DNA of 62,523 nt, filler included, from Sphacelaria rigidula (lineage: Eukaryota), in NCBI GenBank assembly GCA_964200075.2. It is 11 parts of 11 records of this genome, joined end to end, with 100 filler letters (N's around TTAATTAATTAA, not from the genome) between each part and the next. Parts side by side here need not be neighbours in the genome. Positions count along the whole stretch, not along the records: positions 34,159 to 39,751 come from CAXNAA020026026.1; positions 39,852 to 45,444 come from CAXNAA020026027.1; positions 45,545 to 51,137 come from CAXNAA020026028.1; 8 more parts are not named here. The stretch is one strand, 5' to 3'. The translations under genes were made by a program, and so were the position numbers. A model generated the notes under the pieces. That model was not told the DNA's origin. It ran no database searches and saw only the letters and a list, made by a program, of their open reading frames with translations. This document shows positions 38,401 through 50,862 of the stretch, one piece after another; the stretch's first letter is position 1, and every line of letters starts with the position of its first letter.

Positions 38401-40356
38401 TAGTCAGGGTAAGGTACAACAGTCTAGTGCTATACCTGTTTGAGTTCCGGGTACTACGCGGGATGACTTTATATTGTGATGTTCGTGACTGGACATACGT
38501 GAGTGGTGCTCGTCGCATGTTGGGACCTTGATCCCAACTGCGATCACTCCCCTTCCTTCCCTCTTCATCAACAAAGCTTTATATACATTTCTACCTCATC
38601 TTGATCGGCACATCTTGATCGGCAGTCAGCCGTGTCTATTTATCGACTATCGCAGTCGTGTCCATTGATCGACTATCTGAGTCGAGTCTGCACCCCATCC
38701 TCTCACGGGATCACGAAGCTACAAACAGTCCTAAGCACGCGGTCCTCTCACGCATTACAGACGTGAGCAACGAAAACACGCCACCCTCCCTTCCGACACA
38801 TGTACCAGTTTGCCTCAGCAAACCCACCTGTAGAAAATATGAAATTGTGAATATAGCACAACGTTGTTCCTTTCTACAATACAGTAGTGCAGTAGGTTGA
38901 TCTATACCTGTGGAAAGTACGAAGGTGTCCAGTGAGAAAAGATCCTTCACCCTGGGATCGTGAGGGTAGTCCATCTGGATCATGGGTACTTTTTTCAAGT
39001 AAAATTGATGCCGATACAACAGATGACCTGCTCTCGCCGTCCAAGAGTTAGTACACTCTACAGTAGGTCACCATACGTGAAACTTCATCCTGAGACGGAC
39101 TGCCTCTACACTCAAACCTCGTGTTTACAAAAGAGGTAGACCAGCAAGAGGCATGAAAAATCCACAACATACGAGTACATAGCTCCATAACTTTATACAG
39201 CTCTATCTCTATTTTACCAAAATGAAGGTGCTCGTACCTGCTGGTTGGAATATGACCAATTTCAATATTTCGAAAAAAGGGGAAAGTGAGTCTGGTATCT
39301 GGTCAACGCCGTGGTCGCAAAGCAATCGTTTTGAGTCTGCGAGTATGGCAAATTGATTTCTGTTTTTATTTCTCGATTATTGCCTTCTGCTACTGTCGTT
39401 CTCCAGTGAAGAGCCTAAACTCTTCATGGCCAGAGTGTGTAGGTATGAATCACTTTCTACACCGCGGAGGCGCTTCCATCTAGTGGAATGGGCATCTTCA
39501 ATCGAAGAATAATGAAAGGCATATGTCACCCACCATCGCGGTCAAAGGGTGGGCTTAATCCTTTGAGCACTGGGGTGCTGTATCGGCACTGCCTTTACTT
39601 GGAAAATGACCGTACCTCCCAATAAAATAACCCCTGGGCGGTGAAAGGGTCATCCCTTTGCCAAGCAGTCAGTTTTAGTCCCGACATGCCACTAGAGGGA
39701 AATGTACCAATTAAGATACGCTCAAGGTACCTGGCGGGGAAACCTCTATATNNNNNNNNNNNNNNNNNNNNNNNNNNNNNNNNNNNNNNNNNNNNTTAAT
39801 TAATTAANNNNNNNNNNNNNNNNNNNNNNNNNNNNNNNNNNNNNNNNNNNNTACTGTACTCCAACCAAGATATGTTCTTCATTCAGCAGTGTTCGTGAAA
39901 CTACTAGTTTTGTCTGCGCAAAACTAGCCCGTAGCAACATGCACCCCAGCAATGACACGAAGAAGAGAATGTGTCAAAAACGAACGACGGAGACGGAAAC
40001 AATCTACAGCTCTGTTGTGGATGGTAAGGGTACAGTACAGCAGTATCCTGTACAATATACGGTAGCTGTTGCTCTGCGTGTCTGGTCGGGGTACAGCAGT
40101 ACTGTACTGTACTGCTGTATGTGCGGGGGAAATGTGTGAACTGCGCGTGTTCTACAGCCTTTGCAGCCGGGGACCCGCACTATGCAGGTCTCACAATGGT
40201 CTAAATATGCACTAACCTGGACGGTGCCCCTTATAGTGCGGCACCCGCACTAAACCGGGTTCCGTCTGTGACAAGCGATTTCAGCTGCATTAATCCGGGC
40301 AGGCGCACTATATAACCCGCACTATACAGGGCCACCTATTGTAACGAACAAAATAG

Positions 40357-41653
40357 CACACGTCGGACAGATCAGCTCCCTATAGCTGGAGCTAGCTCTT
40401 TTTGAGCGTAGCTCCCTAGTGAGCTATGAGAGCTACATGAGCTACGCATGTTTACCGTACGTGAGCTACCAACCCGTAGCTCATCATCTCATATTCGTCC
40501 TGGGTGAGCTATGGGACCTGTATGAGCTACGCACGTTTGCGATAGGTGAACTACCAACCCGTAGCTCATCAGCTCATATTCGTCCTGGGTGACCTATGAA
40601 AGCTGCATGAGCTACGCCCGTTTGCGATAGGTGAGCTACCAACTGATAGCTAATCAGCTCATATTAGCCCTGGGTGAGTTATGAGAGCTGCATGAGCTAC
40701 ACATATTTGCCCTGGATGAGCTGTGAGAAATGCATGAGCTCCATATGTTTGCCCTGGATGAGCTATGAGAGCTATGAGAGCTACGATTGCTTATTCCTTT
40801 GACCACGAGGGTAGGAGGTCTCTGAATCGGCATCATTCACACCCGAAAAATAAAGTGAACTTTGCTGATTCATCAGATTGCCTACCCTCGCGGTCAAAGG
40901 GCTAACTCCTTGACGGCGAGCATAAGTAATATGTTAAATCGGCTCCAATTTGACTTGAAGAACGCATGCATGACCAGATGGACTCGTACCCTCGCGACCA
41001 ACCGATCAAAAGAAATGAATCGGTCGATTATTGTAGACACTGGATATCAATACTTTTTTCAACCATCCGACCATGCGAACGAGGATATGTGTTGGCTTCT
41101 TTTCTTCCTATCGCAAAGAGTGAGGCAAAACATCACAACCTAATGATATGTGGCGCCATCGTTGGAACCGTGCGAACAAGAATGTTTCATCATAAGCGAC
41201 ACGGGATTGGCCAGCGGCGAGCTAGGCATATGACGTGAGTGAGCCACAACCAAGTGTCCCTGGGGTGAGCTACCGGGCGTAGCTCATCCGCTCATGTTTT
41301 CTCCGGCTGAGCTACAAGAGCTGCGTGAGCTACACATGTTTGCCTTGGGTGAGCTATCGAGCGTAGCTCATCCGCATATGTTTTCCCTGGGTGAGCTGTG
41401 AGAGCTACATAAGCTGCACATGTTTGCCCTGGGTGAGCTACCAACCCGTAGCTCATCAGCTCATATTAGCCCTGGGTGAGCTATGAGAGCTGCATGAGCT
41501 ACACATGTTTACCCTGGGTGAGCTACCAACTCGTAGCTCATCAGCGCACGTTTACCTTGTGTTGAGCTATCGGACGTAACTCACATGTATATGTTTGACT
41601 ACAAGTGAGCTACCACCCGCATATGAGCTAGCTCATGAGCTGTCCTACGTGTG
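40357..41653. mobile_element. Non-autonomous TIR element with 8-bp TSD and internal 85-bp GAGCT-rich tandem array
   Basis: TIRs CACACGTCGGACAG / CACACGTAGGACAG; perfect TSD CAAAATAG (40349-40356, 41654-41661); array units start at 40461, 40546, 40631 and 41265, 41349, 41433, 41518. Confidence 0.88.
40795..40901. mobile_element. piggyBac-like MITE nested in the 85-bp array element
   Basis: TIRs TCCTTTGACCACGAGGGTAGG / CCCTTTGACCGCGAGGGTAGG (19/21); degenerate TTAA flanks (TTAT/CTAA). Confidence 0.7.
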
Positions 41654-42043
41654 CAAAATAGTAAAATAAAGCGGGAGACAGTGCGCATCACGAAGAACAG
41701 GTCGGGTTGGTTGACCCGTGACACGACGAAACTGAGGGGTGATATGGTTCGAGGCGCAGCGCGGCGGGGTGAGGTGTCGGGGCTGTCACGATGCCCACGG
41801 TAAGCACCGCCCGCCCCGACTAACAGGCTACAGCCAAGGCATATCCTATGCAACAGAAAGACCCTCCAGCCAGGAAGTGGATGCGCTTCTGATACACTGG
41901 ACAGGGTACATTTCATCGCCGGAGAGACTAGTAGCCCATAACATGAAGATTTGACAATAATTCAGGAGGGACAAATGAAATACAAACGCATTTGGAGTGG
42001 CTGGCATCAACTAACCGATTTTAAGGAGCGGGAATGGGGGGGG

Positions 42044-42103
42044 CGTACTCATTTGTTGCTTGCCTTAGTCGTCTGACCATTGACCACGCATCCCTTTCGA
42101 GAC
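42044..42103 (-). mobile_element. G-tract-associated retroposon fragment with 19-bp direct repeat
   Basis: GGAGCGGGAATGGGGGGGG is present at both 42025-42043 and 42104-42122. Confidence 0.85.
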
Positions 42104-42307
42104 GGAGCGGGAATGGGGGGGGATATTGTTCAAAGTTGGGAGAACCAGAACGTCATTTCGATGAAGTTTTTTTTTAAAGACTAAGCTCTCATCTGTGTAT
42201 TCCACCATAAACGGCAACCACAGAGCAAAAACAAGAACAACTTACAGGGATGACATGCGACTCTAGGCAACCAGTTGACATTAAAAAAAAATTGCGAAGA
42301 GAGATAC

Positions 42308-42442
42308 CATCGAGCGACGCAGCACCAGAGGGCAGGGCATCGGGGACCAGTTCCACCACAATACCATTCATCATCACTAGACCCAACGAAATCTCATTCC
42401 CTCCACCCCGCCCTTCAGGGCTGGCATCCGGTGGCGATGACG
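42308..42442 (-). CDS. Candidate next exon of the TCF25-like gene (ASSPPDASPEGRGGGNEISLGLVMMNGIVVELVPDALPSGAASLD)
   Basis: TTTTACAG acceptor, GT donor, 135 bp, phase 1-1, compatible with the 43439-43655 exon; no recognisable homology. Confidence 0.4.
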
Positions 42443-42520
42443 CTGTAAAACACGCCACTCACTGCGTAAGCTGGTCGACCGGGTTGCCGTTTTCTCGCGA
42501 TTGCGTTTTTTCCGCAGTAA

Positions 42521-42920
42521 CCATGATGGTGGTCGAGCTCGATCATATTGTGCGGGGGGGGAGAACTTCGACTCCGCGCACAGGATATGATTGTAACACG
42601 CGGTGATTGACTGGTAATACATCCATGAAGCGGTGTGAAACCCGTGGCTGTCTCTGGAAGTGGGAATACCAGAAAACGAAGAAACCCATCGGAGGCTGTC
42701 ATCTATACGCGAGATGATTAGTACACTTCGGGCCAAAACCTGTTGGCAGGATGCAGCTCACCCTGCAGGCGACTCGCCGAACGGGTTACGGCGCTTCGCG
42801 TTTCGTGATTGCGAGCCTGGTCCGGCAAAAACCCGGCGTGCTTCCTCCCGGCTTTGCAGGAATGCGGGGTGGAGGATCTTATGAGTACGGCATGCAAGAT
42901 GATGAGTACACTCCCCTCTC
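42521..42920 (+). mobile_element. Longer copy of the G/C-tract retroposon; inverted diverged copy at 45043-45444
   Basis: CCATGATGGT.GTCGAGCT.GATCAT...GGATGCAGCTCACCCT...GCGACTCGCCGAAC...ACGGCGCTTCGCG...ATGAGTAC-C-rich. Confidence 0.8.
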
Positions 42921-43438
42921 CAAACCGCGGACCTACAGAGATGCAAACCATCAAAACCCAGGTACTTTCGACGGGACAATAAGCCTAGGCTTGAAGTTGC
43001 TTTGAGAAGTTGAAGGCCGCATGCCAATTCCTACGTGACGCATCAGAGAACAAGCCAGTTCACCATCGCCATGAATATGTATGCTCTCCTGGAATGACAC
43101 CTCGCTCCTACACTTTGTATATTGGTCGCGGGTCACGACTGTAGCCCCCGCCCCCCTTCACCACTCCCGCCCCCAAACTGCAAGGGGTACGTGGGAAAAA
43201 TCACCGAGTTCTGGAGTGGACGGTTGATGAAGTCCCCCGCAGTTAAGCATGGTTTATGCGAACGAGAGGTTTGTGGTCTATAGAGACGATTTGTTGCATC
43301 GCTCCTTTGAAACACACGATGTGTTGCTGTTGTAAATGTTTCGCGCATACGAGTGATGACGAACTTTCGCCCCCAAAATCTCAAAACCACGCTCCCGGAG
43401 GGGAAGCGATTGAACTACGCATTACCACGTCTCCTCAC

Positions 43439-43655
43439 CAGCTCGATCGCCGGTGAAGTGGGCAAGCATGGAGGGGGACCACCCAATAGGAAGACGTGAG
43501 TTGTACAGCTCCACCAAGAACTGCCCCTGCCGACTAGCCAGCGCGTGAGTGTCCAGGGCGAGCAGACAGCCCATGGGGTCTCCGAGAGGGTCCAGAGAAA
43601 GAAGCAACCGACCGACCTCGAGAGCGGTCCGCGCCCCGCCCATCATGCCGGCCAT
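43439..43655 (-). CDS. TCF25: Internal exon of TCF25/Rqc1 (ribosome quality control complex subunit)
   Basis: MAGMMGGARTALEVGRLLLSLDPLGDPMGCLLALDTHALASRQGQFLVELY matches the conserved RTALE..KL.LSL.P..DP...LL..D..AL motif; CAG acceptor, GTGAG donor, 217 bp. Confidence 0.88.
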
Positions 43656-46325
43656 CTGCGCGTTCCACGTTGGATGGACACCATTGCACACAAGAATGGC
43701 ACGTCGAACGATGAAACAATGTCGGGATTCCAGTGTCCCATACTATAATAGTCGATGTGCGACAATCTACCCAACAATCACTCGAATACACTGAGCGTAA
43801 CAGGTATTATGTCATCCCATCGCTGTCTCACAGCACATACAGGTAAATTCCTTGGCAAACACGTACCAAGGCCATTGCTCCTGGCAAAGCCAAACGGAAA
43901 AGCAGTCACCGCGCGAGACTTCTCGCCCAGAACACGCCGACACAGTATATCGCACAGACCGTACTTCTACGGCGGGGGATGAAAAGGCACACCGAGATAT
44001 GCACCACCATTATGTAGTAACCGAACGTCACATTCGCGCTGATTCAAGAGGAAAGCCAGGGGTGCATGGCACACACCCAGCTTAGTTGTCCGCATTGACA
44101 CACTGCGCAGAGCATGAGGTCCAGGCTCACATTCACTCCTTTCATGGTACGACATAGGGTAATTCAGCCACCACTACAAACATACGCCAGTGTGTTCATA
44201 AAAAAACTACGAAATATTCAGATTGTTTTGGCATAGATGGAGTTTGTTCAGTCATGAGCACACATATGGCAAATCGAAGCAGCCCGAACACCCCCCGACA
44301 CACATGCTCGTGTCACGTGCCGTACACCACGTACCCACGCTTGCAGGAGGACGCGAGCGATTGAGAGGCGGGGGATACGCTTGAACATCCAGTACCTTAG
44401 TAGCCAACGGCCTGAAGATGGAGTGCTTCTGAGTTCATTGTACAGAGGAACTTGAAGCATCCACTACTGGATGACTGAGGTATGCGGGGCGGCTGATACA
44501 ATAGGGATTCAGTCATCCTACCGTTGGGGAGTGTCCCCGTCCCCTACGAGACTGCCTTTTGACCCCTCCTACGTATGAGGACCATCCTGTGACGGGGTAT
44601 ATTTTGATACACCTTTTGGTCGAACAGGCAAACTTGAAGCGTGATTAAAAAATTAAACTCTATCTTCGCTAATCTTGCTATAAACAACGAGACACGTGTA
44701 CCACACCGCTTGCTTTTTGTCTTCTCTATATCCGAGCCTACAACATCAGTCAAGTCCCGTGGCACACCAATGAATGCCCCTCGTTTCGTACAATCAGAGA
44801 GACAACCTTCCCCTCTATCGTGGGATCATTCAAGGGTTGAGTTTCTTCGTGGCTGAACATTGCGCTCCCTGACCCCCTTAGCACCAGCTCCTAACGCCAA
44901 CCCTTTGATTTTGAGCAGGTGTCCATGTGTGTTTCATGTTTACCCACAGTGGACCTTTACCGATGATGATGCTGCAGGGCAAATCCTACACGCACTCAGT
45001 GATCAGAGGGGATAAAGCTATAAGCTGGTCGTCGAGTAGGACGGGGGGGGGGTACTCATGATCATGCATGCCGTAGCCACAAGACCATTGACTTCGCATC
45101 CCTACAAATCCGGGACGGGGCACGCCGGGTTTTCGCCAGACCAGGCTCGCACTCAATTACCAAGCGCGAAGCGCCGTGGTATGTTCGGCGAGTCGCATAA
45201 AGGGTGAGCTGCATCCGGCTAGTTTTGTTCGGCCCTAAGCCTACTGACCATCTTGCGTGTGGATGACAGCCTACAATGAGTTGCTTTATTGTCTGTTATC
45301 GCCACTCTCTGAGACAGTAACGGCTTACACACTGCCTCATGGGTGTCTCACCATTTAAACACTCCGTGGTACGATCATACCCATTGTGCGGAGTTGGGGT
45401 TCTCCCACACAGCACAACATGATCTAGCTCGACTACCATCATGGNNNNNNNNNNNNNNNNNNNNNNNNNNNNNNNNNNNNNNNNNNNNTTAATTAATTAA
45501 NNNNNNNNNNNNNNNNNNNNNNNNNNNNNNNNNNNNNNNNNNNNGTTCTTATGGGCAAGTTCTCAATATTTCAAGTGTTTGAGCCTCAAATTCTTAAGTG
45601 CCATGTTCTCAAGTGCGGGCGCCCTCTGTATAGGGGAAACCGTCACGATGCTCCCTGGGTCTTTCGTGCGTATCATTATCATTACAGTAGTGGAAATTAG
45701 ACGACGCCAACATCCGACATCACCGAAACATCACGATTTCGGGTATAATTCCACCCCCGCAGTAACCGTTTTTAAACATGTTTTTTTCGTTAGATTCCCA
45801 AGCCGATGGCGGTTACTGCGATTTGAAGCATGTGGAGATTCAGTAAAAATTGGGCTTGGAATTCGTGATTTCGATGTCGGAACAATTTAACGGACGCTGA
45901 TTGGTCGATATACCTTTTCGCCGTTAGTGCCATCACTATGGCCTCACGCCCAAATCCGGCTATGTCATGCTCTTCAGCTGACCATTGCAGTCAGTATGAT
46001 ATCATGTATGCGACTATTGGGTACGTATTGCGAAAGGCCTTTGCTGATTACACAATTTGGGGTGATGAGCGTGAACCAGCCTGTAGTGCAAGTATGACTA
46101 CTGTGGAACAGCAAGCGGCTGACTGAAACACGTTGTAGATTTACAGAAGAGGACAACGATCAGCATTATTCAGTGTTCATGACTACAAGTAGTGTGATTG
46201 TACCGTTACCGTTCCACCGCACCCAAAACATGAACACCATCGAGCAAAATACATGACAGCCAGCATGTCACCATTATTACACGGCATCAAATCACGACCG
46301 TTTGCACGCAACAATAAAATCTCAC

Positions 46326-46590
46326 CTCTCACTAGCCTAGCACCGTTGCTGGGGGAGAAACGGGCGATACTATAAGTATCGTGACGTAGTCGCACAAACG
46401 GCCTAGTTGCAGCGGGTCCTGGTCGTTGTGGCAATAACACACCGCCGGCATCAAGAGGGCTGTTGTTGGCACCGAATTGTCGGAGTGAAACGAGAGGCAT
46501 TAAGAAAGCACTACAGTGATGGAAGCATGGGGCAGTAGATGCTACTAATGCGACAATGGCCTTTGATATTGGTTTCACAGCGTAGAACAT
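46326..46590 (-). CDS. Probable first exon of a plastid-targeted protein (bipartite signal)
   Basis: ATG start, hydrophobic stretch AIVALVASTA, 'CSAF' cleavage motif (ASAFAP-type), Arg/Ser/Pro-rich transit-like region, AG|GTGAG donor. Confidence 0.6.
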
Positions 46591-49500
46591 CGTTCAAGCT
46601 GATTAACGGCCTCAGTCTGCTGATGAACAATTCACGGCAACTGCGGCTTACTGGCACAAGTGTCGTACACGATGGATAATGACTATATATGTATCATTTA
46701 TAGAAAACTTGTGTTGTTCAACTTCCTCAAGAAAGCACAAACCTTCTGTGTTGTGGTGAGTGTAACTCTGCTAGCCCAATACAGGCCATGGGCTCCCCGA
46801 AACGTAGGCGAGGATCACGGACCTTACCTTTAGTTTTCTTTTTGGTTGGAGCGGGCCCGGTGGATGCAATCAAATGGCCGTTCGCTGTCACGCAACCGGT
46901 CCCCAAACAGGCAAGTATCAAGTTTTTGCTTTGTAGTTTACAAGGGAGAACTGGTTTCAAGTTGCAGGTGGAACACATGATCTTCGTCACTACATCATTG
47001 TACCAATGTTTATGTATATGCACACAGGGGTGTCCCTCTGCCCTCTTTATTTGGCGTTGACCTTGCGAGAAAGGGTAGCCTTGGATCGAGGGGGAGCGGC
47101 GAGGAGAAGCAAAGGATGTCACCGATGGACCTAATTGTGAATGTATCATCTAGGCACGCAACCTGATTCATTCTCTCCGCGTGTGTGACATGATACTCGA
47201 TCTTGCGATCGACGCGTTCGTTCCGTCACAACAAGCGGACCTTCATCACTGCTGCTGTGAAGAAAGGCGCTTGCAGATTTCTCGCGATCTTTCTCCCATA
47301 CCCCATTCACATGTACGGTACCAGGCGCCAAATGGTCGCCCTGTACACGATAACAGCGCTGCCCCTCCCGTGCCCGTGGGATGCGGGCAAGACTGCTGTT
47401 ATACCAGCATCGAATCCTGTAAGAAGCCGCAGGAACCTGCGTTCCCTCGCTTTGTTTCCTGCCTTCTTTCCTATACTCGTGTAAAATTGCACACTACAGA
47501 TACAGATCACACTCGGCGGAAACTAGGGCTATTTCGTTATTTCCGAAACGGCGAACAGCACAGCGAGTACATTACATATAACAGTATATAGTCCAAGGAC
47601 ATGGATTTATGAGGAAATGACTGGATTTTTCAAGGTTTGACCGTCCCGGTTTGTATGGAATATAGTTTTAGTTACATTTACGGTACGAGTATGCCTGCTT
47701 CTGTGGCGATATCGTATACCCCCGTGTCTATGATTTTCTGGGCTGTGTATTGGTCGGTTTCGTGGTAAGTTGGAAGAGTAAAAAGCTAACCCAGCCCTGA
47801 GGCATTTTCTGATTCTGGATGAGAACCGCTCGACCAATTCCAGCTGCGTTCACCCTATTCTGACCCAGGACCTGGCCCGCGCCCAGGAAAATACATTCGT
47901 GGAGACCCGTCAAAGGATCCATCGTTCCTCCGTGCCCGTCAACCGGCCCCCGAGGGGAGAAGTGCTCGCTTCAGTGGTCAAATAGGGGTACACTTTGAAC
48001 ACAACAGGGAAAGTAGGACACAAGGGGGTGCAAAATGACTATACTGTAGTTGTTGATGATGATATATAGTACCCCCATTTTCGGACAAAATAGGGTACTC
48101 TGCGAGGCCCTTGTTCCCACCGTGCTGTTCGGCCCTAAATCACTCTCTTTTTTCGCAAAAGTTGGTGTACACGCTCTGCGCGGTCTGTGGGCGCCTTGCC
48201 TTTGCGTCGGGGTTGAAGTTTGAGTGGTTTGGGCCTAGCACGGACAGGTCCAACTTGCGTGTTTACTTGTACCTCCATTTTGGTTGAAATGGTTCATGTA
48301 CCCACTTTTGACTATTGCCCACGCACTTATACAAGTATATATCCCACCCTTCTGGCACACTCCACCCAAACCCACACGAAGTGCAAATACAGGAGGTAGT
48401 CCAACAAAAATGTCATGATCCATGGTAACGTAAAAAAAATGAGAAAACTAATGACTACCTGAGATTGGCCCGCGTGTTTGCTGTATGTTATCTGTTGTTT
48501 AACCGCCACGCCAGCTCGTTGGTCAACCTACAACTTCCGATCGCCTCGTTCTCCATTCTACATTATAATGGACCCACCGCCCTTGTCCGAGGGTTCTCGG
48601 CCTACCTTGGGACAGAGATTGGAATAGGGTTAAGCGTCAGGGTTAAGAAAAAAAAAAGGGTCTTCACCATTCAAAGGCGGCGATTTACCCGCACGTAGTT
48701 CATTTTTTTCCGAGTGAGTCAGGAGGATAAGAGAGTAAGCATGCTTGTTTTTTCCCCGCATCAATGCTCCCCTTCCCAGCGTATGTTGCTAATGGCTCTT
48801 TGACAACAGTGCTACCGTGAACTTTCTGTGAATAATAACGACGACCAGTACGCTATTACTCAGATGCAATGGTCATTGGTCGCCGGGTACCTGGAGATCT
48901 AGATATCTAAGATGCGGAGATCCGACCTGCGGTGGACTCAACAGCATGCTGCGACAAAATACCAAGACGAAGAGAGAACAGAGCCCTGAGTCAGCAAAAC
49001 AATTTATAGTAAGATTAACACCGAATCCAAAATGAAACCAATGGCCCGCACAAACTGACACAACAGGAACACATGTCACCACTGGGCCTGGAAAAAAAAC
49101 TTCGCATGTGCCCATTCAGTGGGTAATAACAGGAGCACTAGCTGGCAATATATTGGTACCAATAGGCCCTCCTGCAACTTGAAGACTGAAGTGTTACAAT
49201 ACAGTGCGATAGTAGACTGCAGATGTGAAGTGTACAGTATTCCGACAAAGTCCGGTGTGCATCTATATTAGGGGTCTGTAGTGTAGTGTAGTCCCGTTCT
49301 CGACCCAACTTGTGTTGCTATCAAATAGAAGGCTTGATTCGAGCGTTGATTACACCCGTCGTCGGCAGAAAAAAATGTTCAGATGATGACTACTTATTGT
49401 GCCTTCAGCGTCTCTTGGCGGAGCTGGAAGTCGAGTCATCTTGATAGTTCAGAGTATGTGTATTGCGGACCTCTCTGCTTGTTGCTCAACCTTGTTAGGC

Positions 49501-49894
49501 ATATCAGATGCAGTATGTGAAAAGTTACGTACCGTGACAAGACTTCCGGCTGTGCACACTTTTCTCTGCACTGCGGTCTATGGTTTCTACACTGCTAGGA
49601 CATCACGCGTATGACTCGATGTAATCGGGAACAAATGCGCATGTGCACAATCACAATCGCGCCACACCTATCCTGCGCGCACACGGCACACTATGTCCAT
49701 TCTTGACTTGATAACATGACTGCAAATCGTTTCTGTGCACGCGTGCATACACACATGACTCGACACCATTCGTAATAGACAAGAAAAACACATTCTTACA
49801 GACAGTCGCGTACTACCTTTCGACCTGACATGAATAAGCACGGATGGCATACGATTATACCACATTGAACAAGAAAAATGCAAAAAAAACTCAG

Positions 49895-50278
49895 GTAAAA
49901 GTGAGCTTCGATGACGAGAGCTTCTCCTTCTGGGATCCGTTCAAGCACACTGGCTTCAACGCCTCCTCCACCCTCGTGCCCGTTGCACAAGAGGTGGGGC
50001 GTAAGGCGCCCGGCTACATCGCCTACGCCGGCTTCGCTACCGCCCTGAAGCTCTTCCTCCCCCCAAACGCCCTGACCGCGCTCAACGTCATCGGCGTCGC
50101 GGGCGCCCTCGCGCGTCCTCACGAAGACGTGGAGACGTTCTGCAAGGATGAAGGGATGCATCTCTTGCTCAGCCCGCCGATTCATGTCGCGCTCGTGGGG
50201 AGCGCGCTGCGCGCGACACGGTTCAAGACGTGGCGGCGACTGTTTGTGAAGGCCACGCTGTTCCGCCTGCGATATCAG
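49895..50278 (+). CDS. Internal exon of unidentified host protein (VKVSFDDESFSFWDPFKHTGFNASS...LFVKATLFRLRYQ)
   Basis: CAG acceptor, CAG|GTGAA donor, 384 bp phase 0-0, strongly G/C-ending codons. Confidence 0.8.
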
Positions 50279-50763
50279 GTGAATTGTGCGGGGGGGGGGG
50301 AAGGGGCGGAGGGGATAAAGAGAAGGGGGGGAGTCGACGTGAGGGTAATTTACCACAGCGACATGCTGTACTTTATTTTGCTACATTGCTGTGTTCTGAT
50401 AGTGTGATGGGGTTTGTCTTTTTGTAGCTTCTGTCTTCGTCCTGTTGGTGAAATTTCAAGCCCCGCCCGTGTTGTCTGCCTACCGCAACAGGAGATAAAT
50501 CCCCGGCCGCTTCAATGAGTCTTGGTTATAACCAGTATATCATGTTTCCCTACTCGTTTGCACCCTCATCCTCTGCCTGCCTTGTCACCGTCGACCACAC
50601 ACCCGTGGACCTTCGCGTCCACGTTCGAATGGCAATCTGCGCGACACGATGTTTTGTTTAGCTCCTCTTCCGAAGAATGTACCGGCCACGCTGGCTTACG
50701 ACTGGCCCCTCTGCCATGATACTGATTGTGAGAGACACGGCGGTGGCCGCTAGAAGCGTTCAG

Positions 50764-50862
50764 GGCTTGTTCCCCGATCTGTGCTGCCAGGCGGCCCTGG
50801 TCGCCGGTGGGTGCCGCTTGCCGCACTGGCAGGATTGCATCCCTCCACCTCGCATTGAGAAG
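50764..50862 (+). CDS. Candidate following exon (GLFPDLCCQAALVAGGCRLPHWQDCIPPPRIEK)
   Basis: TTCAG acceptor, AAG|GTGAGA donor, 99 bp phase 0-0, in frame with the previous exon. Confidence 0.55.

Noticed and set aside
40420..41600. CRISPR-like array of palindromic repeats
   Set aside because: The intervening sequences are themselves repeated (85-bp tandem units, no unique spacers), there are no cas genes, and the array sits inside a TIR element.
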